Shown: piece after piece, positions 29,895 to 42,400 of the stretch
Numbering within the stretch: position 1 is the first letter of the stretch
How the letters are laid out: the number at the start of each line of letters is the position of its first letter
From: Anaerolineae bacterium
Lineage (GTDB): Bacteria > Chloroflexota > Anaerolineae > B4-G1 > SLSP01
Direction of reading: 5' to 3'
DNA length: 64,000 bases
Assembly: GCA_016926915.1 (NCBI GenBank)
Contig: JAFGNR010000040.1
Coordinates: 230 to 64,229, forward strand
Program-made: the position numbers and the translations under genes
Notes under the pieces: generated by a model
Database searches by the model: none
What the model saw: the letters and a program-made list of their open reading frames with translations, nothing else
Told to the model about the DNA's origin: nothing

Positions 29895-30124
29895 GCCGCG
29901 CCTCCTTCAGTCGACGATGCGTCTTCATTCTCGGTCAGCAGCTCGCGCTCACGCAGGACCGTCAAAATGCGGGCAATATCCCGACGCACATGCCTGATGC
30001 GATTGACATCCTCCAGGCTACCCGCATACCACTGCTGGCGAAGGTTGAACAACTCGCGCCGGGTTTCCTGCAAGCGATTTTTCAACTTATCGGAAGTCAG
30101 ATCTCGCAATTCACTTGCCTGCAT
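29891..30124 (-). CDS. rpmC: 50S ribosomal protein L29
   Basis: [31 protein letters not shown]. Confidence 0.9.
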   Translation of the reverse strand: MQASELRDLTSDKLKNRLQETRRELFNLRQQWYAGSLEDVNRIRHVRRDIARILTVLRERELLTENEDASSTEGGAA

Positions 30125-30127
30125 TGT

Positions 30128-30559
30128 CTATTCTCCTGCCGTCTCACCCGGCTCCAGGCGAGCAATAACCTGAGTCCTGATGGGTAGCTTGTGGGCAGCC
30201 AGTCGCAGTGCTTCGTGAGCGACGTCATCCGGCACACCCCCGACCTCAAACAAGACACGCCCGGGCAGCACGACGGCTACCCATTGATCTACAGAGCCTT
30301 TCCCTTTACCCATGCGGGTTTCCGCAGGTTTGGCCGTAATCGGCTTATCAGGAAAGATTCGAATCCAATACTTGCCACGACGCCGCATGTGGCGTACGAT
30401 GGCGCGACGCGCAGCTTCGATTTGACGGGCCGTTACCCACGAAGGCTCCAGGGCCTGCAGGCCGATATCACCGAACACGACCTCTGCCCCCCGGTAAGCC
30501 TTGCCCTTCAGGCGCCCACGATGTTGCTTGCGGTGTTTGACCCGCTTGGGCATCAACAT
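30128..30559 (-). CDS. rplP: 50S ribosomal protein L16
   Basis: [21 protein letters not shown]. Confidence 0.95.
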   Translation of the reverse strand: MLMPKRVKHRKQHRGRLKGKAYRGAEVVFGDIGLQALEPSWVTARQIEAARRAIVRHMRRRGKYWIRIFPDKPITAKPAETRMGKGKGSVDQWVAVVLPGRVLFEVGGVPDDVAHEALRLAAHKLPIRTQVIARLEPGETAGE

Positions 30560-30577
30560 GGCATCCTCCTAATAACT

Positions 30578-31285
30578 TTAGCGACGGCGGCGCCGTTCAC
30601 GCGGCGCCTTTTCGGGTAACGCTGAGGTTTGCCCAGGCAGCACTTCACCCGCATAAATCCAGACCTTGACGCCGATCCGACCATAGGTCGTCAACGCCTC
30701 TTCCTGGGCATAGTCAATATCTGCACGCAGAGTCTGGAGAGGAACCCGTCCTTCACGCATCGTCTCGCGACGCGCCATCTCCGCACCCGACAGCCGTCCG
30801 CTGCAGATAACTTTCACACCCTGCGCCCCGGCGCGCAGCGCTTGCCGAACAGCCCGTTTCATAGCGCGGCTATGATAGATGCGTCGTTCGAGCTGGGCGA
30901 CAATGTTCTCAGCCACCAACTTGGCATCCAAATCCGGGTTCTCCACTTCCTGCACGTCAACGTGCACGCGCTTACCGTTGGTTAACGCCTCCAGCTGGCT
31001 ACGCAAATTCTTGACATTCTCACCTTTGCGTCCAATAACCATACCGGGGCGCGCGGTCCAGATGATGACCGAAACCTGGTTTGGAGGGAAGCGCTCGATC
31101 TCCACCCGCGACACACCGGTCTGACCATCCTTCGACCGGCTCTGCATATCCTTGAAAACGAGTTCACGAATCTGGTTGTCTTCTTCTAGTAAGTCAGCAT
31201 AGGTACGCCCCTCGGCATACCAACGGGACTTCCAATCTCGAATGACCTTCAACCGGAAACCATAGGGATGAACTTTGCGACCCAA
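30578..31285 (-). CDS. rpsC: 30S ribosomal protein S3
   Basis: [24 protein letters not shown], with KH and S3-C domains. Confidence 0.95.
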   Translation of the reverse strand: MGRKVHPYGFRLKVIRDWKSRWYAEGRTYADLLEEDNQIRELVFKDMQSRSKDGQTGVSRVEIERFPPNQVSVIIWTARPGMVIGRKGENVKNLRSQLEALTNGKRVHVDVQEVENPDLDAKLVAENIVAQLERRIYHSRAMKRAVRQALRAGAQGVKVICSGRLSGAEMARRETMREGRVPLQTLRADIDYAQEEALTTYGRIGVKVWIYAGEVLPGQTSALPEKAPRERRRRR

Positions 31286-31300
31286 GATCTGCCTCCTTAC

Positions 31301-31657
31301 CTAATCCACACGCTCTTCAAGGACCACAGTGACATGTGAAGAACGCTTACGAATTGGTCGATAACGCCCGCGGCTTCCCCACCGTGCACGCCAGCCTTTG
31401 CCCGGCATGACGCCTGGGCCCTCGTCAGCCGTAAGGTGCACGATAAACAGGTTACCGGTATCTAGCCCCTTCTCATCGGCATTGGCGATAGCAGACTGCA
31501 ACAGTTTCGCAACGGGCACTGCCGCGGCATGCGGCATTTCTTGTAATAGAACCACCGCCCGCTGAGCTTCCATGCCCCGCAACGGCTCCAGGATTCTCCG
31601 AACCTTACGCGGCGTCATGGGAATGTGCTTTACTTGCGCCCGGACTTTCTCCAGCAT
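31301..31657 (-). CDS. rplV: 50S ribosomal protein L22
   Basis: VRAQVKHIPMTPRKVRRILEPLRG. Confidence 0.9.
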   Translation of the reverse strand: MLEKVRAQVKHIPMTPRKVRRILEPLRGMEAQRAVVLLQEMPHAAAVPVAKLLQSAIANADEKGLDTGNLFIVHLTADEGPGVMPGKGWRARWGSRGRYRPIRKRSSHVTVVLEERVD

Positions 31658-31668
31658 AGCTCCTCCTC

Positions 31669-31950
31669 TTACCGTACGCGCCCTTTCTTCTCTTTGACGA
31701 TGTGGCCACGGAAAGTGCGCGTAGGTGCAAACTCACCGAGGCGATGCCCAACCATATTCTCGGTGATGTAGATCGGCACATGACGTCGTCCATCGTGGAC
31801 GGCAATCGTATGCCCCACCATGATTGGGAAAATCACGGAGGCGCGCGACCAGGTGCGGATAACGCGTTTCTGCCCGGTGCGATTCATCTCTTCGATCTTC
31901 TTGTACAGCTTCGGCTCGATAAACGGGCCTTTTTTCAAAGAACGTGACAT
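31669..31950 (-). CDS. rpsS: 30S ribosomal protein S19
   Basis: [23 protein letters not shown] ... [22 protein letters not shown]. Confidence 0.95.
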   Translation of the reverse strand: MSRSLKKGPFIEPKLYKKIEEMNRTGQKRVIRTWSRASVIFPIMVGHTIAVHDGRRHVPIYITENMVGHRLGEFAPTRTFRGHIVKEKKGRVR

Positions 31951-31967
31951 GCTTGCCTCCTCTAACC

Positions 31968-32807
31968 TTAACGGCGTCCCGACCGGCGCCGACGCACGAT
32001 ATACTTATCCGTCGCCTTGTTACGACGCGTCTTGCGACCCAACGTGTACCAACCCCACGGCGACTTTGGACCAGGCAACCCGATGGGTGTGCGACCCTCG
32101 CCGCCCCCGTGGGGGTGATCCCGTGGCGACATAGCCGAGCCACGCACGGTAGGGCGCCAACCCATCCAGCGCTTGCGGCCGGCTTTACCCAGCTTCACGT
32201 TGGCGTGATCCACGTTCCCCACTTGTCCGATCGTGGCCATACACTCCTTGCGTACCAGGCGCATCTCACTGCTTGGCATTCGCAACGTAATGTAGTCGCC
32301 TTCTTTGGCCAGCACTTGCGCAGCGGCGCCAGCCGCGCGGACCAACTGCCCGCCCCGACCGGGATAGAGTTCCACGTTGTGAACCACCGTACCCAGAGGG
32401 ACGTTGGCCAATTGCGTTGCATTCCCCACCGAGATTTCCACCGATGCCTCGTCGCTGACAACCGTGTCGCCGACCTTCAAACCCAAAGGGGCTAGAATGT
32501 AACGCTTTTCGCCATCAGCGTAGTGCAACAACGCAATGCGCGCCGAACGATTCGGATCGTATTCGATCGAAGCCACGCGGGCCGGCACCCCATGCTTATC
32601 GCGGCGAAAATCGATCACGCGATACTTGCGACGGTGTCCACCACCACGGTGCCGAACCGTGACGCGTCCGTATGAGTTTCGCCCGGCGTTCTTAGTGAGC
32701 GGTCGCAACAGGCTCTTCTCGGGTTCAGTTTGAGTGATTTCCTCGAAACTGCTCCCGGTCATCCACCGGCGACCGGGTGATGTAGGCTTATATTTCTTGA
32801 TCGCCAT
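31968..32807 (-). CDS. rplB: 50S ribosomal protein L2
   Basis: [14 protein letters not shown] ... HPHGGGEGR. Confidence 0.95.
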   Translation of the reverse strand: MAIKKYKPTSPGRRWMTGSSFEEITQTEPEKSLLRPLTKNAGRNSYGRVTVRHRGGGHRRKYRVIDFRRDKHGVPARVASIEYDPNRSARIALLHYADGEKRYILAPLGLKVGDTVVSDEASVEISVGNATQLANVPLGTVVHNVELYPGRGGQLVRAAGAAAQVLAKEGDYITLRMPSSEMRLVRKECMATIGQVGNVDHANVKLGKAGRKRWMGWRPTVRGSAMSPRDHPHGGGEGRTPIGLPGPKSPWGWYTLGRKTRRNKATDKYIVRRRRSGRR

Positions 32808-32808
32808 T

Positions 32809-33102
32809 TTACGCCTCCAACGCTTCGATCCGCTGACCGGGAGCCAGGGTAACCACAGCCTTCTTCCAGGTCGGAATGCGCGTCACACGGCGGCGACCAC
32901 GCATCCGGTTGATCTTAGCGGGCATGTTCAGCACATTGACCGACACCACACTGACATCGTAGATGGTCTCGACAGCATGCTTGATCTCGATCTTGTTCGC
33001 GCGACGATTGACCTCGAACGTATACTGGCCTTCGTCCGCTTTCAGGATTTCCGTTTTTTCCGTGACAACTGGGCGCACGATTACATCGTAAATGTTCATC
33101 AC
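32809..33102 (-). CDS. rplW: 50S ribosomal protein L23
   Basis: [17 protein letters not shown]. Confidence 0.9.
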   Translation of the reverse strand: MMNIYDVIVRPVVTEKTEILKADEGQYTFEVNRRANKIEIKHAVETIYDVSVVSVNVLNMPAKINRMRGRRRVTRIPTWKKAVVTLAPGQRIEALEA

Positions 33103-33103
33103 A

Positions 33104-33766
33104 CTACTCCTCGTTCGCGCCCGCGGCAGCTACGTCTGGGGATGTCCCCAAGATCGTTTCCAACACCCCGAGTGCACTCAAAGGCATCAGAACGTGATCG
33201 GCTCCCAACAAATCGCGCACATTCAAATAGCTCGCCTTGAGGGTCTGAACCTTCGGCAAGTTACGCACGGAGCGCTCCACCACGGCGTCACGCTCTGGCA
33301 GCAAAACCAGAACTTTGGTATCCACCAACGACAAGTTCCGCAGGAGGCTAACAAACTCCCGAGTCTTGGCAGTTGGCATTTCCAGGGTTTCCAGAACAAC
33401 GATCTGGTCAGAAGCAGCCTTCACAGACAACGCAGAGCGCAATGCGGCCCGGCGCATCTTGCGAGGCATCTTCTTCCGGTAATCCCTCGGCTTGGGACCA
33501 TGCGCGATACCGGCGCCCACAAAGATGGGAGCATTGCGGCTGCCATGTCGCGCGCGACCGGTTCCTTTCTGCCGATACCACTTTGACTTGGAGCGGTTGT
33601 TTTCACCCCGAGTCTTGGTACTGTGTGTGCCCTGGCGCGCGTTTGACAGCTGGAAAACCAACGCCTGGTGCATCAGTGACACATTGACGGGAGCTTCGAA
33701 AATGTCGGGATGCAAATCAACCTCTTTGACTTGCTCACCCTGCATGTTGACCACAGGAACACGCAT
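33104..33766 (-). CDS. rplD: 50S ribosomal protein L4
   Basis: 220 aa. KGTGRARHGSRNAPIFVGAG. Confidence 0.9.
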   Translation of the reverse strand: MRVPVVNMQGEQVKEVDLHPDIFEAPVNVSLMHQALVFQLSNARQGTHSTKTRGENNRSKSKWYRQKGTGRARHGSRNAPIFVGAGIAHGPKPRDYRKKMPRKMRRAALRSALSVKAASDQIVVLETLEMPTAKTREFVSLLRNLSLVDTKVLVLLPERDAVVERSVRNLPKVQTLKASYLNVRDLLGADHVLMPLSALGVLETILGTSPDVAAAGANEE

Positions 33767-33768
33767 CT

Positions 33769-34428
33769 CTACCTACCTCCCTTTGCAACCTTCTGCTTGC
33801 GAGCCTGCTTGACCAGAACTACACCGCCGTTCGGCCCAGGAACGCTGCCGTTGACGGCCAAAAGGTTACGTTCAGGATCAACCAACACAACTTCGATATT
33901 CTGAGAGGTGACGCTTTTCGCCCCCATCTGACCGGGCATACGCATCCCCTTCCACACACGACCAGGCGTAGCACAAGCGCCGATAGAACCGGGTGCACGC
34001 TCGCGATCGGACTGACCATGGGTACGCGGACCGCCAGCAAACTTATGCCGCTTCACCACACCGGCGAAACCACGTCCTTTTGACGTACCGACAACATCCA
34101 CGCGCTCGCCGGCGGCAAAGATATCGGCCTTGATCTCTTGTCCCACCTCGTACGCCTCATCCTCACGAATGCGAACTTCACGCAGATGTCGCAGGAGGGG
34201 AACACCGGCCTGCTTACAGCGCGCTCCCCGGCTCTTGGTAAGGCGGTGCGCGTGCTTGTCCTCGACGACCTGGTAGCCCAACTGCACAGCGCAATACCCA
34301 TCGTGATCCGCCGTTCGAAGCTGGGTGACGTAGCAAGGACCGGCTTCAATCACCGTTACCGGCACCACCTCACCATTCTCTTTGATGATCTGGGTCATAC
34401 CCACTTTCTTGCCCAGAATACCCTTCAT
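33769..34428 (-). CDS. rplC: 50S ribosomal protein L3
   Basis: MKGILGKKVGMTQI. ATG at 34428 with GAGGAGG about 10 nt upstream; the ORF-track start at 34488 adds an atypical 20-aa extension. Confidence 0.9.
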   Translation of the reverse strand: MKGILGKKVGMTQIIKENGEVVPVTVIEAGPCYVTQLRTADHDGYCAVQLGYQVVEDKHAHRLTKSRGARCKQAGVPLLRHLREVRIREDEAYEVGQEIKADIFAAGERVDVVGTSKGRGFAGVVKRHKFAGGPRTHGQSDRERAPGSIGACATPGRVWKGMRMPGQMGAKSVTSQNIEVVLVDPERNLLAVNGSVPGPNGGVVLVKQARKQKVAKGGR

Positions 34429-34533
34429 TGAATCCATTCCTCCTCGGGACTGCCAGCGTCCTGCCGCATCATCCCGGTAAAATTGCATTTTCGATTACTG
34501 CTGCGGTTCGCGCCACGAACTTCGCCCATGCCG

Positions 34534-34572
34534 CCCCCCCCTGGTCTTAACGCAACGCAAGAACCAGGGGGG
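34534..34572 (-). promoter_or_regulatory. Strong GC hairpin in the 143-nt rpsJ-rplC intergenic spacer (possible attenuator or processing site)
   Basis: ccccccctgg (34534-34543) pairs with ccaggggggg (34563-34572) across a 19-nt loop. A second small repeat gcgcta/tagcgc lies at about 34596-34612. No U-tract follows. Confidence 0.4.
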
Positions 34573-34630
34573 GCAAATCGCCGTTACAATTAGTGCGCTA
34601 ACGACTAGCGCGCCAACGTTCAACTGCGAC

Positions 34631-34939
34631 TTACAGCTTGATCTCAATGTCCACGCCGGCAGGCATATTCAGCCGCATCAGCGTGTCAATCGTCTTCGAA
34701 TCCGGCTCCATGATGTCGATCAGCCGTTTGTGGGTGCGGATCTCGAAGTGCTCGTGGCTATCTTTGTCAATGAACGTAGAACGCCGCACCGTAAAGCGTT
34801 CGATACGCGTGGGCAACGGCACAGGCCCTACCACGCGCGCCCCCGTACGCTCCGCGGTTTCAACGATGCGACGCGCGGACTCGTCCAAGATGCGATGGTC
34901 GTAACCTTTGAGCCGAATGCGAATACGTTGTTTACTCAT
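34631..34939 (-). CDS. rpsJ: 30S ribosomal protein S10
   Basis: [29 protein letters not shown]. Confidence 0.95.
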   Translation of the reverse strand: MSKQRIRIRLKGYDHRILDESARRIVETAERTGARVVGPVPLPTRIERFTVRRSTFIDKDSHEHFEIRTHKRLIDIMEPDSKTIDTLMRLNMPAGVDIEIKL

Positions 34940-34963
34940 AAACCACCTGATTTGCGGTTGATT

Positions 34964-36181
34964 TTACTCGTACACCTTAGTGATCGCACCGGCGCCGACG
35001 GTCAAACCACCCTCGCGGATAGCGAAGCGGGACCCCTCTTCCAGGGCCACCGGCTCGATGAGTTCGACCAGCATTTCGGTGTTATCGCCAGGCATCACCA
35101 TCTCGACACCCTCCGGCAGCGTAACGGAACCGGTGATGTCCATCGTGTTAATGTAGAACTGCGGCTTGTAGCCGGAGAAGAAGGGCTTGTGACGGCCACC
35201 CTCATCACGGCGCAAGACGTAGACGCGCGCATCGAACTTGCGGCGAGCCTTGATCGAACCCGGCTTCGCAACCACGATACCACGCCCCACATCGTCCTTA
35301 CCGACGCCACGCAGCAGCAAACCGGCATTGTCGCCGGCAACGACCTTGTCGAGAATCTTGTGGAACATTTCCATGGAGGTCACGACGGTCTTACGCGGCT
35401 TTTCGCTCAACCCAACCAGTTCCACCTCGGTATTGGGAACCATCGTACCACGATCCACACGACCGGTAACCACTGTACCACGGCCCTTGATTGAGAACAC
35501 ATCCTCGATGGGCATCAAGAAGGGCTTATCCTCGTCGCGTTCCGGCGTGGGGATATATTCATCCACTACCCGCATCAGCTCCCAAATGGGGGCATAGTCG
35601 GAATGATTAGGGTCGCGGCTCTGGCAGTTCAACGCGGCAAGCGCAGAACCCTGCACGATGGGGGTCTCATCGCCGGGGAACCCATACGTGCTCAGCACCT
35701 CGCGAATCTCCAGATCCACCAGCTCCAGCAGTTCGGGATCATCCATCAGATCAACTTTGTTGAGGAAGACCACAATCGCGGGAACTTCAACCTGGCGCGC
35801 CAGAAGAATGTGCTCGCGGGTCTGCGGCATGGGGCCGTCAACTGCCGAAACCACCAGAATGGCGCCATCCATCTGAGCCGCACCCGTGATCATGTTCTTG
35901 ATATAGTCACGGTGACCGGGACAGTCAACGTGCGCGTAGTGGCGGTTCTCGGTCTCGTACTCCACGTGTGAAATGGCTACGGTCAGGATTTTGGTGGCGT
36001 CACGGCGGAACATCTTAGCGTCAGCCTTAGCCACTTCATCATAACCACGGAACGTCGACCACCCCTTCAACGAAAGCGTGTGCGTAATGGCCGCCGTCAG
36101 GGTCGTCTTACCGTGGTCAATGTGACCGATCGTGCCAACATTCACATGTGGCTTAGTTCGTTCAAATTTCTCCTTACCCAT
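34964..36181 (-). CDS. tuf: Elongation factor Tu
   Basis: [15 protein letters not shown] ... DCPGHRDY ... NKVD ... full-length EF-Tu. Confidence 0.98.
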   Translation of the reverse strand: MGKEKFERTKPHVNVGTIGHIDHGKTTLTAAITHTLSLKGWSTFRGYDEVAKADAKMFRRDATKILTVAISHVEYETENRHYAHVDCPGHRDYIKNMITGAAQMDGAILVVSAVDGPMPQTREHILLARQVEVPAIVVFLNKVDLMDDPELLELVDLEIREVLSTYGFPGDETPIVQGSALAALNCQSRDPNHSDYAPIWELMRVVDEYIPTPERDEDKPFLMPIEDVFSIKGRGTVVTGRVDRGTMVPNTEVELVGLSEKPRKTVVTSMEMFHKILDKVVAGDNAGLLLRGVGKDDVGRGIVVAKPGSIKARRKFDARVYVLRRDEGGRHKPFFSGYKPQFYINTMDITGSVTLPEGVEMVMPGDNTEMLVELIEPVALEEGSRFAIREGGLTVGAGAITKVYE

Positions 36182-36225
36182 TCCTTCCCTCTCCTTATGT
36201 ACTATGAGTTCCTTTGATGTCCTTG

Positions 36226-38322
36226 TTAACCTACACCATACAGGACAGCGTCCATCTGCCGTGAATCCACCGGTTCGTAATGGTGGAATTCCATCGTGAA
36301 AGTACCTCTACCTTGCGTTGCACTACGCAAATCGGTAGCATAGCCAAACATTTTCGCCAATGGAGCATACGCTCGTACAGCCTGGATCCCTCCCGGGCGC
36401 GGTTGCATGGCCTGTATACTGGCGCCACGAGCGCTCAAATCACCCAATACTTCCCCAATGAATCCGGCGGGAGCAACCACCTCCAGATCCATAACCGGTT
36501 CCAACAACACCGGCTTTGCCGACTCTACAGCTTCGCGGAATGCCTGGGCAGACGCAGCTTTGAAAGCCATCTCTGAAGAGATCTCCGGATCATCTTCAGC
36601 GCCCACCAGGGCAACCTTCAGACCCACCAGCGGATATCCGGCCAGGAAACCACTATCCAAAGACTCCAAGACACCGCTTTTCACAGCTTCGATATAACGG
36701 GGCGTCAGCGCATTAACCCGCAACCCATTTTCGAACACCGCGTCTTTATCGCTCAACGCCCGAGAAAAACCCCGCTCACCGAGAGCCGGTCGCACTTCAA
36801 GTGCAACGCTGGCAAACTGGGGCTTTCCCCCCAGCACACGCTCAAAGGTCACACTCGCGGCGCCAATCTCTGTAACCGTCTCTTTGTAGGCCACTCGCTG
36901 CCGGCCCACATTGGCGGCCACGTTGAACTCGCGCAGCATACGATCCACCAAAATCTCAAGATGAAGTTCACCCATTCCTGAAATAATGGTTTGCCCCGTG
37001 GACTCATCCAGACGCACCCAGAAAGTGGGATCCTCCTCCGAAAGACGCTGAAGGGCTTCATTCAAGCGATCCTGGTCGGCAACTGTCTTCGGTTCTACAG
37101 CCACCGAAATCACCGGCTCCGGAAACTGGATAGATTCCAACACGATAGGAGTATGAACCGCGCTGAGTGTATCGCCTGTAAAGCTCTGCTTCAAGCCCAC
37201 CGTTGCCCCAATGTCGCCGGCTCGGACTTCCTCGACTTCCTCTCGGTGATCCGCATACATCCGTAGCAGCTTAGTGACGCGTTCCCGCGCACCTTTGGTA
37301 GCGTTGTGGACCACCCCACCCCGGCGCAAAACACCGGAGTAGACACGGAAGTAGGCCAACCGCCCCGCGTAGGGATCCGTAGCAATTTTAAAGATCAGAG
37401 CAGCCAGCGGCGCCTCAAGAGTTGCCGGGCGCTCTTCAACACCCTTTTTGGTTTGCCCGCGAACGGGTGGAATATCAAGTGGCGAGGGCAGCAAATCGAC
37501 AATTGCATCCAATAACGGTTGGACCCCTTTGTTGCGTAGCGAGGTGCCACACAAAACCGGCTGCATAACCCCCGCAATAGTGGCCCTGCGCAACGCTGCC
37601 CGCAAGTCCTCTACGGCCAATTCCTGGCCTTCGAGATATTGCTCCATCAGCGCATCATCGGTCTCGACAATAGCCTCAAGCATTGCCTCACGAGCCGCTT
37701 CCGCATCTGCCCGCACCGTTTCCGGGATTTCGATCTCTTCCGGACTTGCGCCCAGTTCATCGGTCCAAACAATGGCGCGCCACTGCAGTAGATCAACGAC
37801 CCCACGGAAACCCGCCTCAGCGCCGATAGGCCAATGCAGCGGAACCGGATTGGATTCAAGACGGTCCTTTATCGTTGCGACCGCGTGAGCAAAATCGGCG
37901 CCCAACTTGTCCATTTTGTTGATGAACACGATCAAGGGCACTCGAAACGCCCGCGCCTGCCGCCACACCGTCTCGGATTGCGGTTCAACCCCGGCTGTAC
38001 CATCGAACACCACCACACCGCCATCAAGCACCCGTAAACTTCGCTGCACCTCAGCGGTGAAATCGATATGTCCGGGGGTATCGACGATGTTGATTTGATG
38101 ATCCCGCCAGAAACAGGTTACAGCTGCCGAGGTAATCGTAATACCTCGCTCCCGCTCCTGCACCATCCAATCCGTGACCGTGGTCCCTTCATCGACGTTG
38201 CCTATACGATGGGTCCGGCCTGTATAGAACAGAATCCGTTCCGTCGTCGTGGTCTTGCCCGCGTCGATGTGGGCGATGACACCGATATTCCGAATCTTTT
38301 GTAAAGGTACTACATCAGCCAT
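36226..38322 (-). CDS. fusA: Elongation factor G
   Basis: [19 protein letters not shown] ... DTPGHIDF ... 698 aa. Confidence 0.98.
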   Translation of the reverse strand: MADVVPLQKIRNIGVIAHIDAGKTTTTERILFYTGRTHRIGNVDEGTTVTDWMVQERERGITITSAAVTCFWRDHQINIVDTPGHIDFTAEVQRSLRVLDGGVVVFDGTAGVEPQSETVWRQARAFRVPLIVFINKMDKLGADFAHAVATIKDRLESNPVPLHWPIGAEAGFRGVVDLLQWRAIVWTDELGASPEEIEIPETVRADAEAAREAMLEAIVETDDALMEQYLEGQELAVEDLRAALRRATIAGVMQPVLCGTSLRNKGVQPLLDAIVDLLPSPLDIPPVRGQTKKGVEERPATLEAPLAALIFKIATDPYAGRLAYFRVYSGVLRRGGVVHNATKGARERVTKLLRMYADHREEVEEVRAGDIGATVGLKQSFTGDTLSAVHTPIVLESIQFPEPVISVAVEPKTVADQDRLNEALQRLSEEDPTFWVRLDESTGQTIISGMGELHLEILVDRMLREFNVAANVGRQRVAYKETVTEIGAASVTFERVLGGKPQFASVALEVRPALGERGFSRALSDKDAVFENGLRVNALTPRYIEAVKSGVLESLDSGFLAGYPLVGLKVALVGAEDDPEISSEMAFKAASAQAFREAVESAKPVLLEPVMDLEVVAPAGFIGEVLGDLSARGASIQAMQPRPGGIQAVRAYAPLAKMFGYATDLRSATQGRGTFTMEFHHYEPVDSRQMDAVLYGVG

Positions 38323-38371
38323 CGCCGCTTACCTCTACGATCATATGATCGGCGACAGCAATGCACCAAAC

Positions 38372-38842
38372 TTACCAGCGCAGATGCGCGAAGGCCCGGT
38401 TGGCCTCGGCCATCTTCAACGTGTCTTCACGCTTCTTGGCAGCAGAGCCGCTGCCCTCCGCAGCTTCCATCAATTCGGCGGCCAACTTCTCCGCCATCCC
38501 ACGACCGTGCCGGTTTTGGGCCGCGGCCAAGATCCAGCGGATCGCCAGGGAAATTTGACGGTACTGAGGAACTTCGACCGGGATCTGATACGTGGACCCA
38601 CCCACACGACGAGGCTTCACCTCAACCGGCGGGGACACATTGCGAATCGCGGACTCAAAAACCTCAAGCCCGGACTTCTTGGTGCGAGCTTCCACAATCT
38701 CCAAGGCATCATACATGACCCGCTGAGCGACGCTGCGCTTGCCGCCATGCATCATGCGATTAATGAACTTCTGAATTAGAACGCTGTTATACCGGTGATC
38801 GGGCGCAACAACCCGCTTGGGCGGACGATTCCTTCTAGGCAT
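38372..38842 (-). CDS. rpsG: 30S ribosomal protein S7
   Basis: MPRRNRPPKRVVAPDHRYNSVLIQKFINRMM. Confidence 0.95.
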   Translation of the reverse strand: MPRRNRPPKRVVAPDHRYNSVLIQKFINRMMHGGKRSVAQRVMYDALEIVEARTKKSGLEVFESAIRNVSPPVEVKPRRVGGSTYQIPVEVPQYRQISLAIRWILAAAQNRHGRGMAEKLAAELMEAAEGSGSAAKKREDTLKMAEANRAFAHLRW

Positions 38843-38857
38843 ACCTCACTCCCATCC

Positions 38858-39277
38858 TTACTCGGGCTTCTTCGTACCGTACTTGGACCGCTGCTGGCTG
38901 CGTCCATCGACGCCGCTTGTATCCAGCGCACCGCGAACAATGTGATACCGCACGCCAGGCAGGTCTTTCACACGCCCACCACGCACGAGAACCACGGAGT
39001 GTTCCTGCAGATTATGCCCCTCACCGGGGATGTAAGCAGTCACCTCGATACGATTCGAAAGGCGCACACGGGCGATCTTGCGCAACGCCGAGTTGGGCTT
39101 CTTAGGCGTTGTCGTACGCACCACGGTGCAGACACCTCGCTTCTGGGGGTTGCCCGCCTGTGCCTGCTTCCGCCTATTACCCTTCAAGGTGTTCAAGTCA
39201 TACAACATAGCCGGCGACTTGGACTGACGCTCTTTCGGCTTGCGCCCCTTGCGCACCAACTGATTAATCGTAGGCAC
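38858..39277 (-). CDS. rpsL: 30S ribosomal protein S12, with an insertion of about 15 aa near the N-terminus
   Basis: [13 protein letters not shown] ... [24 protein letters not shown] ... 139 aa against a typical 124-135 aa. The extra segment [17 protein letters not shown] lies between the conserved KSKSPA and PQKRGVC blocks. Confidence 0.95.
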   Translation of the reverse strand: MPTINQLVRKGRKPKERQSKSPAMLYDLNTLKGNRRKQAQAGNPQKRGVCTVVRTTTPKKPNSALRKIARVRLSNRIEVTAYIPGEGHNLQEHSVVLVRGGRVKDLPGVRYHIVRGALDTSGVDGRSQQRSKYGTKKPE

Positions 39278-39403
39278 TTTGTCCTCCTAAAATTCCACTG
39301 AAGAAGGCCATCGTCACAGCTTTGATGGCCCCTTCGATACGACCTTGCTTTCCACCTATATAAGGAGCAGGGTATCTGGCTGCTCCACCTGTTTCGAAAG
39401 CAA

Positions 39404-39431
39404 ATTCTACCACAAACATCGAAAAGGTCAA
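39404..39431 (-). promoter_or_regulatory. sigma70 promoter (extended -10) for the rpsL-rpsG-fusA-tuf-rpsJ... operon
   Basis: On the minus strand: TTGACC (plus 39426-39431), 16-nt spacer, TGgTAGAAT (plus 39404-39412). This leaves a roughly 120-nt leader before the rpsL ATG and abuts the rpoB stop. Confidence 0.55.
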
Positions 39432-39432
39432 C

Positions 39433-42400
39433 CTAGCTCGATTCGCCCCGCTCTGGAGCAAAGCCCAGCAGTCCCATCCCGAGCTTAGGTACCTGTGTAC
39501 GGCGCTCCTCACGTCCAAAGCGGAGCACCTCGCCCGAGTCGGTGACCGCCTCGACCGAAAGCGCAAGGCTTTGCAACTCCTTGACCAACACCTTGAACGA
39601 TGCAGGAATCCCCGGCTCCTCAATCAGCTGCCCTTTGACAATCGACTCATAGGCTTTCACACGCCCCTGAACGTCGTCCGACTTGATGGTCAGCATTTCC
39701 TGAAGTGTATAGGCAGCGCCGTACGCTTCCAACGCCCAAACTTCCATTTCACCGAAACGCTGCCCTCCGAACTGGGCCTTCCCCCCCAACGGCTGCTGTG
39801 TGACCAGCGAGTAAGGTCCTGTCGAGCGGGTATGCACTTTGTCCTCAACCAGGTGGGCCAGTTTCATCATATAGATAATGCCGACCGTGACCGGCTGATC
39901 GAACTTGTGACCCGTCTGACCATCGAAAAGTACCATCTTTCCCAGAGTCGGCAGAGGGTCGCCAAGTTTTCGGCCGTACTCAGTCGCGCGCAAGATAACA
40001 TCCTCATCCGACAGCTCCTGCGTTTCCTGGCCGCGTTCCTCCAACCACAGACGTAGGCAAATCGCGTGCACCTGGCGATCCGCCGCTTCGCGCTGGCCAG
40101 CGCCGAGATCACCCTCCTCGAAGATCAGAACCGCGTCAGGATTGTAGTTCATCTCGCGGAGCCACTCCCGCAGAACGGAACGGCGCGCGTAGACACGGTC
40201 ATCACGCAAACGATTCACGTCGTAGCCAAGCGGGGAGAGCCAGGAAGCCACGTAAATCAACCGGGCCTCCTCATCATCCACAAGATCCTCGACATCGTAG
40301 TCCTGGGCCTTGAACCAGCTCCAGGCGCGTTCCATCACCTCATCCCAGGCGCGATCGATCAACCAGGCGCGCGCCAAATCGGCTGCGATTTCACCCTCGT
40401 TAGCGCCGTCGAAGACGGGCGTGACCGTGCGCAAACCCAGACGATGGGCTGCCCACCCCAGGTGCGTCTCCAAAACCTGCCCGATATTCATACGGCCCGG
40501 CACACCCAGGGGATTGAGAATGATGTCGACCGGTGTACCGTCCTCAAGAAACGGCATGTCTTCGACAGGGACTACTTTCGAGATCACGCCTTTGTTTCCA
40601 TGGCGCCCGGCCATCTTGTCGCCAGCGGTGATCTTGCGCCGCTGGGCAACACTCACCCTCACAACTTTCTCGACCCCCGCCGGCAAATCGCGGTACTCGT
40701 CGCGGTCGAACACCTTGATATCAACCACTTTACCATGGGCGCCGTGGGGCATGCGTAGACTTGTGTCCTTCACATCGCGCAGTTTTTCGCCGAAAATAGC
40801 TCGTAGCAGTTTCTCCTCGGGGGTTAGCTCCTTCTCACCTTTCGGCGTGATCTTACCCACCAAGATGTCCAGGGGGCCAACCTCCGCCCCGATACGAATG
40901 ACGCCTTCTTCGTCCAGGTCGCGCAACGCATCATCGGACACATTGGGAATTTCCCGGGTGACCTCTTCAGGTCCCAGTTTGGTATCCCGCGCGGTCAACT
41001 CGTGCTTCTCGATATGCACGGAGGTGAATTTGTCATCTTGTACCAAACGCTCGCTCAGCAAAATCGCGTCCTCGTAATTGCCACCCTCCCAGGAAAGGAA
41101 GGCGACGAGAACATTTTGCCCCAGCGCCAGCTTGCCCCCCTCGGTCGAAGAGCTGTCTGCCAGCACTTGCCCCTGCGCCACCCGCAGCCCCTTGCGCACA
41201 ATCGGACGTTGATCAACGCAGGTACTCTGATTGGAGCGCGTATATTTGCGCAAGGTATAGGTCTCCAAAGCGCCGTCATCCTGCAGGATGATGATTTTGT
41301 CGCCACTGACACTCAGGACCACACCGGCATCTTTCGCAAACAACACCAGACCGGAGTTAGCAGCTGCCGGTTCTTCCATTCCCGTACCCACCAAAGGCGC
41401 TTCCGGAAGCAGCAGCGGCACAGCCTGGCGCTGCATATTGGAGCCCATCAATGCGCGGTTGGCGTCATCGTGTTCCAAGAAGGGAATCAACGCCGCCGAA
41501 ATCCCCACAATCTGAATCGGCGCCACGTCAATGAAATCCACGCGCTCCGGCGTGGTAAAGACAAACTGGTCTCCCTTCCGGGCAGAAATCCGGTCCAGCG
41601 AGAAATGGCCCTCTGCGTCAAGCAGAGCATTGGCCTGGGCGATGATATAGGGTTCCTCGCGGTCAGCAGACAAATACACAATTTCCTCGGTCACACGCGG
41701 CACAATTCGCACCGGATCCTTCAAGGAAAGCGCGGCGAGTTTCTCGGCGATTTCTGGCGTCACTTTGACCCCAGATTCAGCAACAACCTCTCCGGTATCG
41801 GGGTCCTGAATCTCATCGCGCAGCACCTCCCCCGTCAGCTGATCCACAGCATTGTTAACCACCCGTATCACACGCCGGTAAGGAGTTTCGATGAACCCCA
41901 GATCATTTACCCGCGCATACGTTCCCAAACGGCCGATCAAGCCGATATTGGGACCTTCAGGGGTTTCGATCGGACAAATACGTCCATAGTGGCTGTGATG
42001 CACGTCGCGAACGTCGAAACCGGCGCGCTCGCGGCGAAGACCGCCGGGGCCGAGGGCCGAAAGCGTGCGCTTGTGTGTCAGGCTGGATAATGGATTGGTC
42101 TGCTCCATGAACTGTGACAGCTGACTCGAACCGAAGAACTCGCGAATCGAGGCCACAACCGGACGGATATTAATCAGACTCACCGGCGTGGGGGATTCAT
42201 CCCGCAAGCTCATACGTTCCTTGACCACACGTTCCATGCGCACCAGACCCACGCGAATCTTGGCCTGGACCAGCTCGCCAACGGTTTTGACACGGCGATT
42301 ACCCAGATGGTCCATATCATCCGGACCGGCAACGCCGTTGTTGATGTGAATCATCCGCCGCGTGAGTGCAACGATGTCTTCTTTCGTGATCGTGCGAATG

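Noticed and set aside
39264-39623. 119-aa ORF overlapping the rpsL promoter and the rpoB 3' end
   Set aside because: It overlaps the rpoB C-terminus in another frame and contains the str-operon promoter. No RBS or motif.
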